Source of the DNA: Hyphomicrobiales bacterium
GTDB lineage: Bacteria; Pseudomonadota; Alphaproteobacteria; Rhizobiales; Beijerinckiaceae
Length of the DNA: 64,000 nt
Reading direction: 5' to 3'
NCBI GenBank assembly: GCA_947454055.1
Contig: CANGIS010000002.1
Span: 44,036 to 108,035, forward strand
Each line of letters begins with the position of its first letter. The stretch's first letter is position 1. The translations under genes and the position numbers were made by a program. A model generated the notes under the pieces. It was not told where the DNA came from. It ran no database searches and saw nothing but the letters and a program-made list of their open reading frames with translations. Of the stretch, positions 47,126 to 57,315 are shown in pieces.

Positions 47126-47413
47126 TCAGTGAGCTGCGAGCTTCTTCTCGATGTCGCGCTTCAAATGACGTGCATTGAGCGAGAGATCTTCCGACGCTGC
47201 CTTGATCAGGAACGCGTCGAGGCCACCGCGATGCTCGACCGAGCGAAGCGCATGGGCTGTCACGCGAAGGCTGACGGCGCGACCGAGCGCGTCCGACTGA
47301 AGCGTAACCTGGCACAGGTTCGGGCGGAACTTGCGCTTGGTCTTATGGTTTGAATGGCTCACGAGCTGTCCGCTCTGAACGGCCTTGCCCGACAATTCGC
47401 AACGGCGTGCCAT
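47126..47413 (-). CDS. rpmB: 50S ribosomal protein L28
   Basis: 95 aa. [33 protein letters not shown] matches L28. Confidence 0.95.
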   Translation of the reverse strand: MARRCELSGKAVQSGQLVSHSNHKTKRKFRPNLCQVTLQSDALGRAVSLRVTAHALRSVEHRGGLDAFLIKAASEDLSLNARHLKRDIEKKLAAH

Positions 47414-47681
47414 GGTCTTAATCCCTTATCGACTGAAGTCGTTTCACATTGCCCCTGAAACAGGACCAGACGGCCAAAGCCACCCTTTTCGTCAAACGAC
47501 CGAAAAAACAGATTGCGGTCTATAGGGTAGAAGTTTGGGAAGCGTCAAGCGAAACATCGGGAAAGCTGGCATTTTAGACCGCAGAAGCGAAGACAAGGAC
47601 GAACAAAAGCATTAGATTGAGCCCTCCTCCGTCGAGATGGTCGCTTTTTCCTGCCCATTCCATAGATCAGAAACCGCCATC

Positions 47682-48542
47682 ATGTCTTTGCCCACCCTTG
47701 TGAAACCCGTGTTCATTGCAATGATTGCCGCCGCAACCGCCTTTTTGGGCGTTTTCGCGGGCCCGCCCGCCGCGCAGGCCGGCGAGTCTACAAAAAATAT
47801 CGTGATTACGTACACGGTTTCAATGGCCCATATCCCGATCGGAACGGCGCGGTTTTCGCAAAATTTTCACGGCAACAGCTATCATCTCCATCTCGCTGCC
47901 GATTTTGACGGCCTTGTCCGGATGTTTTTCGCGCCCGGTCTTTCGGCCGATGCCGACGGCACCGATGCGTCAGGTCACTTGGTCGCGCAGCACTATCGGC
48001 TTTTGATCGACCATCCGGACGATCCCCAACGCGTAGACATGACGATGTCCGGCGGCACTGTCGTCCACACCGAACTGGACCCTCCCCTGCCGGAACGGGC
48101 CGACCGCGTTCCCGTTCTGCCGGAACACAAAAAGGGAATTATTGACCCCTTGAGTGGTTTTTTGATCCCGTCAGGATCAGCAACCCCGCATGCGGCGGAA
48201 AATTGTGACCATGTTCTTCCCATTTTCGACGGCGCCGGTCGCTTTGATATTACGCTCCTGCCGGACACTGATCTCCTCTACGAAACGGAGAATTTCAAAA
48301 GCGCGGCCATCCGATGCCTCGTCCGCTACACAGCCATATCGGGGCACCGGGCTAAAAAGACGAATGTGACCTTCATGGAGAACAACCGCGATATCATGGT
48401 CACGCTCGTGCCTGTACCCGGAAAGTCCTATCTCCTGCCGCTCGAAATCTCGGTGGCGACGCTGCTTGGCAATCTTCGGCTCAAAGCCGTCACCGTTGAA
48501 GGCCTGCCCGGAGCGATCACAACGGCGGCCACAACGAATTAG
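47682..48542 (+). CDS. secreted hypothetical protein (possibly DUF3108-like)
   Basis: ORF 47637..48542 trimmed to ATG 47682. Signal peptide MSLPTLVKPVFIAMIAAATAFLGVFAGPPAAQA, followed by a beta-rich body. The family assignment is tentative. Confidence 0.6.
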   Translation: MSLPTLVKPVFIAMIAAATAFLGVFAGPPAAQAGESTKNIVITYTVSMAHIPIGTARFSQNFHGNSYHLHLAADFDGLVRMFFAPGLSADADGTDASGHLVAQHYRLLIDHPDDPQRVDMTMSGGTVVHTELDPPLPERADRVPVLPEHKKGIIDPLSGFLIPSGSATPHAAENCDHVLPIFDGAGRFDITLLPDTDLLYETENFKSAAIRCLVRYTAISGHRAKKTNVTFMENNRDIMVTLVPVPGKSYLLPLEISVATLLGNLRLKAVTVEGLPGAITTAATTN

Positions 48543-48544
48543 GC

Positions 48545-49085
48545 ACCAATCTGTCCCAATGCGGGACAAATCTCTTAAGAGCGGCGCAAGCAGAGTACTC
48601 CACGGCACGCGGCAACCAGGCTCCTACCGCGCACCAAGCCGGTGACGGCACCCAAACGAATCGGAATTTTGCCGATTCGGGCCGGTTTCGTTCGCGCTTC
48701 GCACCAAAGATGAAGACCACCCTCGAAGGAGCCACGATCGACCTTCACCCTTTTTTAAGAAAGGCCCAGCGGTGCTGCCTGACAAAATGTTAACGCCGCC
48801 GCTGGTGCCAGCTCGGCCAATCAGCCGACCGCGAACAGAGTTATCCACAGGCTAACCCGAAAACGAATCAACATCATGCCGATTCGGTCCCGCTTCGTTC
48901 CAGCCGTGTTCCAAGCGTTAACACGACAGCCGAATTCTGTCCCATTTTGAGATCAAGAGCATTCGGACACGCAATCCAACCAAACGAATCGCCTGATTTC
49001 CGATTCGGCCCCGCTTCGTTCCGCTCCCGTTCGGAACATTAACGCTGCCTCTGGCAACTGTCCCGTTTCAAGACATCTCCATTCG
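48545..49085. repeat. array of about 3.5 degenerate tandem repeat units (~120 bp; one unit expanded to ~207 bp)
   Basis: Unit heads aaacgaatc-N-gattcgg-cccgcttcgttc start near 48654, 48861 and 48982. (g/a)ttaac boxes lie at 48789, 48917 and 49038, and tgtccc boxes at 48552, 48938 and 49059. Each head folds into a hairpin: cgaatcgg/ccgattcg, cgaatc/gattcg, cgaatcg/cgattcg. Confidence 0.8.
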
Positions 49086-49196
49086 TCATTTCGGCCGCTT
49101 TGGCGGCACAATCGGCCCAAGATGTTTGACTCTTGCCGACGCAGTCAGGCAGGGTCCGTCAACCTTCATCCGGCGGGACGTTGAATACACTTTATC

Positions 49197-52100
49197 ATGG
49201 CACCCCTGTCCCTCCTGCCCAACCAGCGCGCGCGTGGCGTAACGGCCGTGTTGGGTCCCACCAATACCGGCAAGACCCATCTCGCCATTGAGCGGATGCT
49301 TGGCCATCCGTCGGGCATGATCGGGTTACCCTTGCGGCTTCTGGCGCGCGAAGTTTACGGCCGGGTGGTGGACCGCGTCGGTGCACCCGCCGTGGCGCTC
49401 ATCACCGGCGAAGAAAAGATCAAGCCGCCCGGAGCGCGCTATTGGATCTGTACGGTGGAGGCAATGCCGCGGGACATTGATGTTTCCTTTGTTGCCATTG
49501 ACGAGGTGCAACTGGCTTCCGATTTCGATCGGGGCCATGTGTTTACCGACCGTATTCTGAATTTGCGCGGCTATGCGGAAACGCTGTTGATTGGCGCCGA
49601 TACGATGCGCACCCGCATTGAAGAGCTGATCCCGGGCGTCACCATCACATCGCGGCCACGCCTTTCTCAGCTTGTGTTTGCGGGTGAGAAAAAAATCAGC
49701 CGCCTGCCGCGCCGGAGCGCGATTGTCGCCTTCTCGGCGGAAGAAGTATACGCCATTGCCGAATTGATCCGGCGGCAAAGCGGCGGCGCGGCCGTGGTGC
49801 TCGGCGCTCTTTCGCCCCGCACGCGAAATGCGCAAGTGGCGCTGTTTCAATCCGGCGACGTCGATTTTTTGATCGCCACCGATGCCGTCGGCATGGGCCT
49901 TAATCTCGACGTCGATCATGTCGCATTTGCGGGTGACCGTAAATTTGACGGCACCAAGTTTCGTCGGCTCGTGCCTGCCGAGTTTGGCCAGATCGCAGGC
50001 CGCGCGGGACGCCATCTCCGCGATGGCACGTTCGGTACGACCGGCCGTTGCGCCGCTTTCGAGCCGGAACTCGTCGAAGCGCTGGAAGCCCATCGTTTCG
50101 AGCAGACCCCTATGTTGCAATGGCGCAACACTGTGCTTGATTTTTCGAGCATCCCTTCGCTCATGCGCTCGCTCGACAAGACCCCGACCGAGCCCGGATT
50201 AACCCGCGCGCCCTTGGCCGATGACCTTCGCTCGCTCGAAGCTGCGGCCCGGGACAGCGAAATCAAGAGCCTGGTCGGGGGTAGAGCGGATGTCGAACGG
50301 CTCTGGGAAGTCTGCCAAGTCCCTGATTATCGGAAGGTTTCACCCCAAGCGCATGCCGATCTGGTCCATACGCTGTTTTCCTATCTGATGCGGCGCGGCC
50401 ATGTCCCCGATGAGTGGTTCCAGCGCCAAATCGCGGAAATCGACCGTACCGATGGCGACATCGATACATTGTCCGCTCGAATTGCGCAGGTGCGGACATG
50501 GACATTTGTTGCTAATCGAAATGACTGGCTGCGTGATCCTTTGCATTGGCAGGAGGTCACGCGACAGGTAGAAGATACATTGTCAGACGCGCTTCATGAG
50601 CGTCTGGCGCAACGATTTGTGGATCGCCGCACCAGCATGCTGATGCGGCGTCTGAGAGAGAATGCAATGCTCGAAGCGGAAATTACGGCGACAGGCAACG
50701 TCCTTGTCGAGGCTCATCCCGTCGGCCGTCTCATCGGCTTTCAATTCGTGCCGGAATCGGACACGGGGTCGGCGGAAGGGCGGGCTCTGCGCGCTGCAGC
50801 GCTCAAGGCGCTTGCGGGCGAATTTGCCAATCGGGCAATCCGCGTCTCCAATGCAGTGGATGAAGCCTTCGCGCTGAGCAATGACGGGTCGCTGCGGTTT
50901 CTCGGTGAACCCATCGCCAAACTCTCGGCGGGCGAAAAGACGCTTGAGCCACGCCTTCGACTTCTCGCTGACGAACATCTGGATGCCCCGTCGCGCGACT
51001 TGGTTCAAACCCGCATCGATCTCTGGCTCAAAGCCCATGTCGAAAAACTGTTGGGTCCGCTGTTAAAATTGGAAACGTCCGAGGCGCTCACCGGCATTGC
51101 GCGCGGCATTGCGTTCCAGCTCGCCGAAGACCTTGGCGTCCTCGACCGCACCAAGGTCGCCGACGACATGAAAACGCTCGACCAGGACCAGCGCTCGGCC
51201 TTGCGGGCGCTCGGCGTCCGGTTCGGCGCATATCATTTGACCGTTCCTGCCCTTCTGAAGCCCGCTCCGCGCGGCTTGGCGTGCCAGCTCTGGGCCTTGA
51301 AAGAAGGCGGCGCTGAAGTCGTAGGCCTCGACGATATCCTGCACCTGGCATCGTCGGGTCGGACGTCGATTCCGGTCAATCCGGAAACCCCCAAGGCGCT
51401 CTATCGTGCAGCCGGTTTCCGCGTCTGCGGCAATCGCGCCGTGCGGGTGGATATTTTGGAGCGGCTGGCCGACCTGATCCGCCCGGCGATCCAATACCGT
51501 CCGAGCCTGACCGTGGGCGAGCCGCCAGCGGGCACTGCTGATGGCGATGGGTTTGTTGTTACCACTGCCATGACCTCGCTCTGCGGGTGTGCGGGCGAGG
51601 ATTTTGCGTCCATTCTGAAATCGCTCGGCTATACGATGGAGCGCCGTGCGGGCGCGGCCATCACCAAGGAACTGGCAAAGCCTGCGTCGATGGAGCCTGC
51701 CGCAGCCGTTGAAGCTGCCGCAGAGGTGGCGTCCGAACCCGTGGAAGCCCCTGTCGAGGCTCCCGCCGCCGAGGAGGCCGCACCGCTCGAGGCTGAGCCT
51801 GTCCTTGAAGCCGCCAACGCTGACGCGACACCGACCGACGCTGAGGCAGAACCGGTCATGACCGAAATTTGGCGCCAGCAACGCCAGCGTCATAACGCGC
51901 CACGCCATCATCGCCATTCCAAGCCCGCCCCTGCCAAACAGGCCTCGGGCGAGGCAGCCCCAGCTTCGGTCGACGGGCAAGAACAGGCTCCGCGTCAGGA
52001 TCGTCCAAGGCATGGCCGCCCCGGCCATGATCGTTCGCGACAGGATGGCCAAGCGTCCACGGGTGCCGGGCGGGATAATGGCTCGCCTCGTCCCGAAGGC

Positions 52101-52322
52101 AGCGAGGAACGGCGCGGTCCGCGTCCACCACGGCCCGACCACAAGCGCAACGACCGCAAATCGGATGATCGCCGCTTTGGTGATCGCCGCCAGCCCGAAA
52201 GCCGTGGCTGGCAAGATCCCCCGAAGGAGCGGCAAGACAACAAGGCGCCAGATCCTGATTCACCGTTTGCAAAGCTGCTCGCGCTGAAGGCAGAGCTGGA
52301 GTCAAAAGGGAAAAAAGGCTGA
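49197..52322 (+). CDS. Suv3-like superfamily 2 RNA helicase with long low-complexity C-terminal extension
   Basis: 1041 aa. VLGPTNTGKTHLAIERML is Walker A, and AIDEVQL is the DExH-like motif. FLIATDAVGMGLNLDVDHVAF and QIAGRAGR are also present. The last ~190 aa are rich in Ala, Glu and Pro, then in Arg, Asp and Pro. Confidence 0.85.
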   Translation: MAPLSLLPNQRARGVTAVLGPTNTGKTHLAIERMLGHPSGMIGLPLRLLAREVYGRVVDRVGAPAVALITGEEKIKPPGARYWICTVEAMPRDIDVSFVAIDEVQLASDFDRGHVFTDRILNLRGYAETLLIGADTMRTRIEELIPGVTITSRPRLSQLVFAGEKKISRLPRRSAIVAFSAEEVYAIAELIRRQSGGAAVVLGALSPRTRNAQVALFQSGDVDFLIATDAVGMGLNLDVDHVAFAGDRKFDGTKFRRLVPAEFGQIAGRAGRHLRDGTFGTTGRCAAFEPELVEALEAHRFEQTPMLQWRNTVLDFSSIPSLMRSLDKTPTEPGLTRAPLADDLRSLEAAARDSEIKSLVGGRADVERLWEVCQVPDYRKVSPQAHADLVHTLFSYLMRRGHVPDEWFQRQIAEIDRTDGDIDTLSARIAQVRTWTFVANRNDWLRDPLHWQEVTRQVEDTLSDALHERLAQRFVDRRTSMLMRRLRENAMLEAEITATGNVLVEAHPVGRLIGFQFVPESDTGSAEGRALRAAALKALAGEFANRAIRVSNAVDEAFALSNDGSLRFLGEPIAKLSAGEKTLEPRLRLLADEHLDAPSRDLVQTRIDLWLKAHVEKLLGPLLKLETSEALTGIARGIAFQLAEDLGVLDRTKVADDMKTLDQDQRSALRALGVRFGAYHLTVPALLKPAPRGLACQLWALKEGGAEVVGLDDILHLASSGRTSIPVNPETPKALYRAAGFRVCGNRAVRVDILERLADLIRPAIQYRPSLTVGEPPAGTADGDGFVVTTAMTSLCGCAGEDFASILKSLGYTMERRAGAAITKELAKPASMEPAAAVEAAAEVASEPVEAPVEAPAAEEAAPLEAEPVLEAANADATPTDAEAEPVMTEIWRQQRQRHNAPRHHRHSKPAPAKQASGEAAPASVDGQEQAPRQDRPRHGRPGHDRSRQDGQASTGAGRDNGSPRPEGSEERRGPRPPRPDHKRNDRKSDDRRFGDRRQPESRGWQDPPKERQDNKAPDPDSPFAKLLALKAELESKGKKG

Positions 52323-52324
52323 TT

Positions 52325-54709
52325 TCAGCCTTTAACGGCTTCGTTTTCCGACACATAGACCGTTTTATGCACGATATCGCCCAATCCGTTGGCCCGCAAA
52401 GCGTGGTCGATGGCGAGCAATAAATCGCTGCCGACCTTACCGGTCTGATCGACATCGGCGACGAAGCAGATCAGTTCGAACTCCTTCGACGTCTCGCCCA
52501 GTTTGCGGAACAGGACCGCCGGCGGGTTATCCGGCAACAGCTCGTGATTGGTACTGGCAACCTCCGAAATCAACCGGATCACCAGATCCGGATCGGCATC
52601 ACGGGCCACCGGTACCGATACGACGACCCGACCCGTACGGTCATTGTGAACCCTGTTTTTAACCGCGCCCGACACCAAACTTGAATTCGGCACAATCAAC
52701 ACCGAACGGTCAAACGTCTCGATCTCCGTGGCGCGCACATTGATGCGTTTGACGAGACCTTGTTCGTCGCCCACCACAATCCAGTCACCGACCCGAATAC
52801 CGCGCTCCCACAAGAGAATGAGACCGGAAACGAAATTGTTGACAATCGATTGCAGACCAAAACCGATACCGACCGACAATGCGCCCGCGACAATGGTGAC
52901 CTTTTCGAGGCTCAACCCCAATACACTGAGCGCAATGGCCGCAGCGACCATGAAACCGAGATAGCCAACCCCCGTCACAATCGAATTCCGAAGTCCGGAA
53001 TCAAGATCGGTGTGGGGCAGATAGCTGTTGGTCAGCCAGCGCTGCATGCCGCGCGTGAACAAAATGCCCAACCCCAACAACACGACGGCAAACAGCGCCG
53101 CGCCGAAAGAAATCGTCACCTCGCCAATTGTAAAGCCGAAAATCAACGCCTTGAGGGGCAGCAGAATATCGCCTGAATCGACCCGCCAAGGGGCCAGAAC
53201 CAGTGTGGCAAAGATCCCCAGCACCAGAATCTGGGTCACACCGGAGAGGATCACGGCCAATTGTTCAACCGATTGCCGCGATAGGCCGGACGCGGACTGG
53301 ATCGACCGGAACAGCTTTGTCTGCGGCGAAAGCAAATGCGCGAAGACCGCGTTGGAAATTTGCAGGGCAAGGAAGGTTAGTGCCGACAAAATCGTCAATG
53401 TGGCAAGCTGGTTGCTCAGGAAGGCTGCCAGCGCAGGATACCCGAACAGAGCCGCCGTCACGATGCCGATCACGATCATCCACGCGATGATCCGCGCCAT
53501 GACGATCCAGAGGGGGCGTTGCTCGGGCGGCAGATAAAAGGCCCCGGCCGACGTCTTGTCCTCGGGTTTGATCGCCTGCAATCCTGCCGCCAAAACCCCC
53601 GCCACCAGCAGGGCGAACAGGGATTTCGAGACCACCGAAAGCGCAAGGCCTGCAACAATCGCCTCGTTGACCGTCTCGAAAATCCGGCCCGCCACAATGA
53701 CGAGGCTCACACGGCCCGCCAGTCGGGCGATCCGCATCGCCGTCCGGTCGGGTACAATTAAAATACGCCATTCTGACTTGGTGGTCGCGAGCAATCCCTC
53801 CGCCAGTCCGCGGATAACACTGACAAAGACGGCGCCCTGAAGAATGACCTCCAATACTTTGCCGACCCGAAGGGGCAGAATATCGGCGGCATCCATCGCC
53901 TGACTGATCGCATAGGTGCCGGCTGCCGGAATCAGGAAGCCGATACCGCCAAAGGCAACCGCCCGCAACGCCTTCTGCAACCGCGTCGGATTACCGAACA
54001 AGGTCGTCCGCTCGATTGCCGCCAGTACTTTTCGCCGTGCAAATGCGGTGGCCCCAACCGTCACGGCCAAACCCAGCAGAAACAGCAGACCCCCGATCAG
54101 CCCCGCCCGATCAACAGCACGGCTATAGGTATCACCGGCGACAAACGACAAAGCGCGGATATCATGGCCTAGATTGACAGCGACATCGGCCCAGAGCATC
54201 GGCGATAAAATGCTGGAGGAGGGCGTAAACAGCTGCCCCGCAAACAGCGCTCGCCGTTTATCCGATATCGCGGTTCCCAATTGATCCGACTGAACGAGCA
54301 AGGCACGAGCAAATTTGACCGTCTCCTCAATATCTTTCAGCGCTTTTTCGCGATCGTCCCGCTCTTTCGTAATTTCCGGACTTTCGGGAGGCGCCTTGTC
54401 GTCCGGCCGCGGCCCCAATTCCTTCAAACGCGAGCGGACGGCATCTGCACGTGGCGATTGCTCGTCGGCCACCGCTTTGACATCCACCGCGATCTGGTCG
54501 ACGCGCTTCCGGTTGGATTGCAGCGCGGAATCAGAGGTCAGCCGTGTTGTAACCGCCGTTTCAATCTGGTCGAGCTCAAGGCGTATGCCATCCAGCTTGG
54601 CGCGAATGGCAGATTGTTCTTGGGCCGAGACATGGGACAGGCTGCCCATGAGAGCAAAAGCAACCACAAGCAAAGCGGTAAGGTTGAACAAACGGCGCAT
54701 CAAAAACAT
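52325..54709 (-). CDS. MscK/KefA-type mechanosensitive channel (periplasmic coiled-coil, multi-TM, MscS domain)
   Basis: ORF 52325..54772 trimmed to ATG 54709, which is preceded by agggga. It has a signal peptide and a helical N-domain with many TM helices. The MscS core is LGLQSIVNNFVSGLILLWERGIRVGDWIVVGDEQGLVKRINVRATEI. Confidence 0.85.
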   Translation of the reverse strand: MFLMRRLFNLTALLVVAFALMGSLSHVSAQEQSAIRAKLDGIRLELDQIETAVTTRLTSDSALQSNRKRVDQIAVDVKAVADEQSPRADAVRSRLKELGPRPDDKAPPESPEITKERDDREKALKDIEETVKFARALLVQSDQLGTAISDKRRALFAGQLFTPSSSILSPMLWADVAVNLGHDIRALSFVAGDTYSRAVDRAGLIGGLLFLLGLAVTVGATAFARRKVLAAIERTTLFGNPTRLQKALRAVAFGGIGFLIPAAGTYAISQAMDAADILPLRVGKVLEVILQGAVFVSVIRGLAEGLLATTKSEWRILIVPDRTAMRIARLAGRVSLVIVAGRIFETVNEAIVAGLALSVVSKSLFALLVAGVLAAGLQAIKPEDKTSAGAFYLPPEQRPLWIVMARIIAWMIVIGIVTAALFGYPALAAFLSNQLATLTILSALTFLALQISNAVFAHLLSPQTKLFRSIQSASGLSRQSVEQLAVILSGVTQILVLGIFATLVLAPWRVDSGDILLPLKALIFGFTIGEVTISFGAALFAVVLLGLGILFTRGMQRWLTNSYLPHTDLDSGLRNSIVTGVGYLGFMVAAAIALSVLGLSLEKVTIVAGALSVGIGFGLQSIVNNFVSGLILLWERGIRVGDWIVVGDEQGLVKRINVRATEIETFDRSVLIVPNSSLVSGAVKNRVHNDRTGRVVVSVPVARDADPDLVIRLISEVASTNHELLPDNPPAVLFRKLGETSKEFELICFVADVDQTGKVGSDLLLAIDHALRANGLGDIVHKTVYVSENEAVKG

Positions 54710-54862
54710 CACATCCCCTAGCCAAGCCAATCCGGTCATTAATCGATGCAGCGAAACGGTGAAGCGGCTCAATGCCGCACCACTATCGCCAATTCACCTA
54801 TGACGCACAAGGTTGGGTCGTTATGAAGGTCCAATCGTGGCCATGCTATGACATAGCCACGC

Positions 54863-55396
54863 TTATTTGGCCTTTTTAGCCCGCTCAATGCCATCCAGAA
54901 CCAGTTTCTTGGCCTCGGCGGCATCGCCCCAGCGGACAATTTTGACCCATTTGCCGGGCTCGAGATCTTTGTAATGCTCAAAGAAATGCTCGATCTGATG
55001 GAGCGTGATTTCAGGCAGATCGGTGTAATTTTCAACCTTCTCGTACCGCCGTGTCAGCTTGATACTGGGGACGGCGACGATTTTCTCGTCCATCCCTGCT
55101 TCATCTTCCATGATCAGAACGCCAACCAGCTTAACGCTCATAATGGCGCCCGGGATGATCGCGCGGGTGTTGGCGACGATCACATCGCAGGGATCGCCAT
55201 CATCCGACAGCGTGTGCGGGATAAAGCCGTAATTTCCCGGATAGCGCATGGAGGTGTAGAGAAACCGGTCAACGACAAGGGCTCCGGCCTCCTTATCCAT
55301 CTCATACTTAATCGGTTCCCCCCCAATCGGCACCTCGATCACCACATTGACATCGTCAGGTACGTTCTCGCCGAGGGAAATTGCCGAAATATTCAT
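54863..55396 (-). CDS. ppa: inorganic pyrophosphatase (family I)
   Basis: 177 aa. [49 protein letters not shown] and [13 protein letters not shown] are present. Confidence 0.95.
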   Translation of the reverse strand: MNISAISLGENVPDDVNVVIEVPIGGEPIKYEMDKEAGALVVDRFLYTSMRYPGNYGFIPHTLSDDGDPCDVIVANTRAIIPGAIMSVKLVGVLIMEDEAGMDEKIVAVPSIKLTRRYEKVENYTDLPEITLHQIEHFFEHYKDLEPGKWVKIVRWGDAAEAKKLVLDGIERAKKAK

Positions 55397-55538
55397 GGTC
55401 GCATTCGCTTTCGATAGGTTTTCAGAGTTTCGCCCTGTCTAAGATCCGTACTTCAAACGCGCAAGAACGACTTTGTGCGAACCGCGCGACCCCAAGCCGC
55501 TTTGACATGTGGCGGCAGGCCCCCCATCTTTACCATCC

Positions 55539-56549
55539 ATGACCCATGATTCACCCGCTTCCCGCAAAAGCCGGAACCCTTATTACAAGGGACCGGTTTC
55601 CGACCATTTCGATGGCGAACACTTTTTCAATCCCGGACGGCGTTGGAAAAAATCATCCAACGACCTGATGAAATGGTTGTTGGAACGCAAGCCGCCCCGC
55701 TGGCCGAAGGAACATCCGAGCCCCTTTTCGGATCGACCGCCGCGCCGTGTAACCGGTCGGGACATCCGGTTGAGCTTTGTCGGCCATGCCAGTTTTCTGC
55801 TTCAAACGGCGGGGCTGAACATTTTGCTCGATCCGGTTTGGTCGGAACGCGCTTCACCCGTTCGTTTTGCAGGCCCGAAGCGCGTCAATGCGCCGGGCAT
55901 CGAGTTTGATCGACTGCCACCCATCGATGTCGTGCTCGTTTCACACAATCATTATGACCACCTCGATATTGCCACCCTGCGCCGTCTGCATGCGGAACAT
56001 GCCCCGCGCATCATCACACCGCTCGGCAATGATACGATCATCAAACAGGCCCATACCGGCATCCGAACGGAAGCGCATGATTGGGGAGATCGTGTTGATC
56101 TGGGCAACGGCGTCTATCTGCATTTGGAAGAGGCCTATCACTGGTCTGCCCGCGGCGTCCGCGATCGGTTACGTGCACTATGGGCTGCCTTTTTGATCGA
56201 AACACCGGGCGGACGCATCTACCATATCGGTGACACCGGCTTTCATGACGGCAAAATCTTTCCGGCGGTGCAAGCCAAGCATGGCGCCATCAAGCTGGCG
56301 ATTTTACCGATCGGCGCTTATGAGCCGCGCTGGTTTATGGCCGAACAGCATATGAACCCGGACGAGGCGGTGCAGGCCTTCATCGCGTCGGGGGCTGAAC
56401 GCGCCGTCGCGCACCATTGGGGGACGTTCCAATTGACCAATGAGGGCGTTACCGTGCCGCCCGATGATCTGCGCATCGCGCTCGAAACCCACGGGATTGC
56501 CGAAAATCGCTTTACCGTGCTGCGGCCGGGAGAAGTTCTCTCGGTCTGA
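55539..56549 (+). CDS. MBL-fold metallo-hydrolase (NAPE-PLD-like subgroup)
   Basis: ORF 55509..56549 trimmed to ATG 55539. VSHNHYDHLD is the HxHxDH zinc motif. LSFVGHASFLLQTAGLNILLDPVW and HIGDTGF are also present. Confidence 0.8.
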   Translation: MTHDSPASRKSRNPYYKGPVSDHFDGEHFFNPGRRWKKSSNDLMKWLLERKPPRWPKEHPSPFSDRPPRRVTGRDIRLSFVGHASFLLQTAGLNILLDPVWSERASPVRFAGPKRVNAPGIEFDRLPPIDVVLVSHNHYDHLDIATLRRLHAEHAPRIITPLGNDTIIKQAHTGIRTEAHDWGDRVDLGNGVYLHLEEAYHWSARGVRDRLRALWAAFLIETPGGRIYHIGDTGFHDGKIFPAVQAKHGAIKLAILPIGAYEPRWFMAEQHMNPDEAVQAFIASGAERAVAHHWGTFQLTNEGVTVPPDDLRIALETHGIAENRFTVLRPGEVLSV

Positions 56550-56559
56550 GCCGCTCGGA

Positions 56560-57315
56560 TTATTTCTTCGGCTGCACAAAAATATTGATTGTCGTCGCCG
56601 GCGACGAGCTGGTTTCGCCGAAAACGAGATATTCCTCGATAAACGCGTCCTTCACGACGATATCTTTGGCGTCGAGATAGGCGGTGATCTGCTCATAGGC
56701 CCCGTCGATCTCGTCATACGAAGCCAGATGAGCAAAGCGGATCGCCTTGCCGGACGGCGTCGTGCCCCAGCGGATATCGGCAGGAAAATCGGTGGGCGTC
56801 GCCTCGGGAGCCGACGCAACGGGTAAAATCGCATCATAGGTAAACGACATGTCGTTGGTCTCGACAAACACCGTAACCGGATAGCCCGTTACCGTCGTTC
56901 CCGCTTTGGTCGCTGCTGCGCGACCTCGGGCAAAAGCATCCCTGAGATCATTATAGGCCGTTTCCCATTGTGCCTTGCCATGCACGATCAGGGCCGGCTT
57001 GGCTTGCAGTTCAAGCGCATCCGGCAAGGTTGCTTCCGACACGGGCGGCGCAAGGCTCGACAACACGGGTGTCGGAGTGGGCGCTGCCGTCTGGGGCTGG
57101 TCAAGGGCTCCTTGGGGAACCTGCGGCTGCTCGGAAACGGCAGGAACATCCGTTTTCGGTGGTTCGGACGCGGGGACCGGAGCGGCAAGCGGAACGGCTT
57201 CAATCGTGGAAGCAGGGGCGGGAACGGTTGTCTGGGCGGCAGCCGATATGGCCATCAAGGCCACGGTCAGCGACACGACACCGAAACCTATTCCCCTAAA
57301 ATACCGCTGCCTCAT
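56560..57315 (-). CDS. secreted hypothetical protein with Pro/Ala-rich linker; C-terminal domain possibly GyrI-like
   Basis: ORF 56560..57360 trimmed to ATG 57315. Signal peptide MRQRYFRGIGFGVVSLTVALMAISAAAQ, then a low-complexity P/A/T/S stretch. The C-terminal ~150 aa form an alpha/beta domain, and that family call is weak. Confidence 0.5.
   Translation of the reverse strand: MRQRYFRGIGFGVVSLTVALMAISAAAQTTVPAPASTIEAVPLAAPVPASEPPKTDVPAVSEQPQVPQGALDQPQTAAPTPTPVLSSLAPPVSEATLPDALELQAKPALIVHGKAQWETAYNDLRDAFARGRAAATKAGTTVTGYPVTVFVETNDMSFTYDAILPVASAPEATPTDFPADIRWGTTPSGKAIRFAHLASYDEIDGAYEQITAYLDAKDIVVKDAFIEEYLVFGETSSSPATTINIFVQPKK

Noticed and set aside
48875-48950. Small peptide ORF in repeat unit B (MPIRSRFVPAVFQALTRQPNSVPF)
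   Set aside because: The equivalent frames in units A and C lack a start codon. They differ by first-position non-synonymous changes, so conservation is at the nucleotide and structure level, not the protein level.
48780-49070. CtrA boxes (TTAA-N7-TTAAC) and sigma-54 (GG-N10-GC) promoters inside the repeat units
   Set aside because: Each unit has only a TTAAC half-site, and no TTAA lies 7 nt upstream. A GG-N10-GC spacing is seen in only one unit (tggtgccagctcggc) and is not conserved in the others.
48545-49085. Possible CRISPR array
   Set aside because: The repeats are long (~120 bp), degenerate and contiguous, not short identical repeats separated by unique spacers. No cas genes or leader are present.
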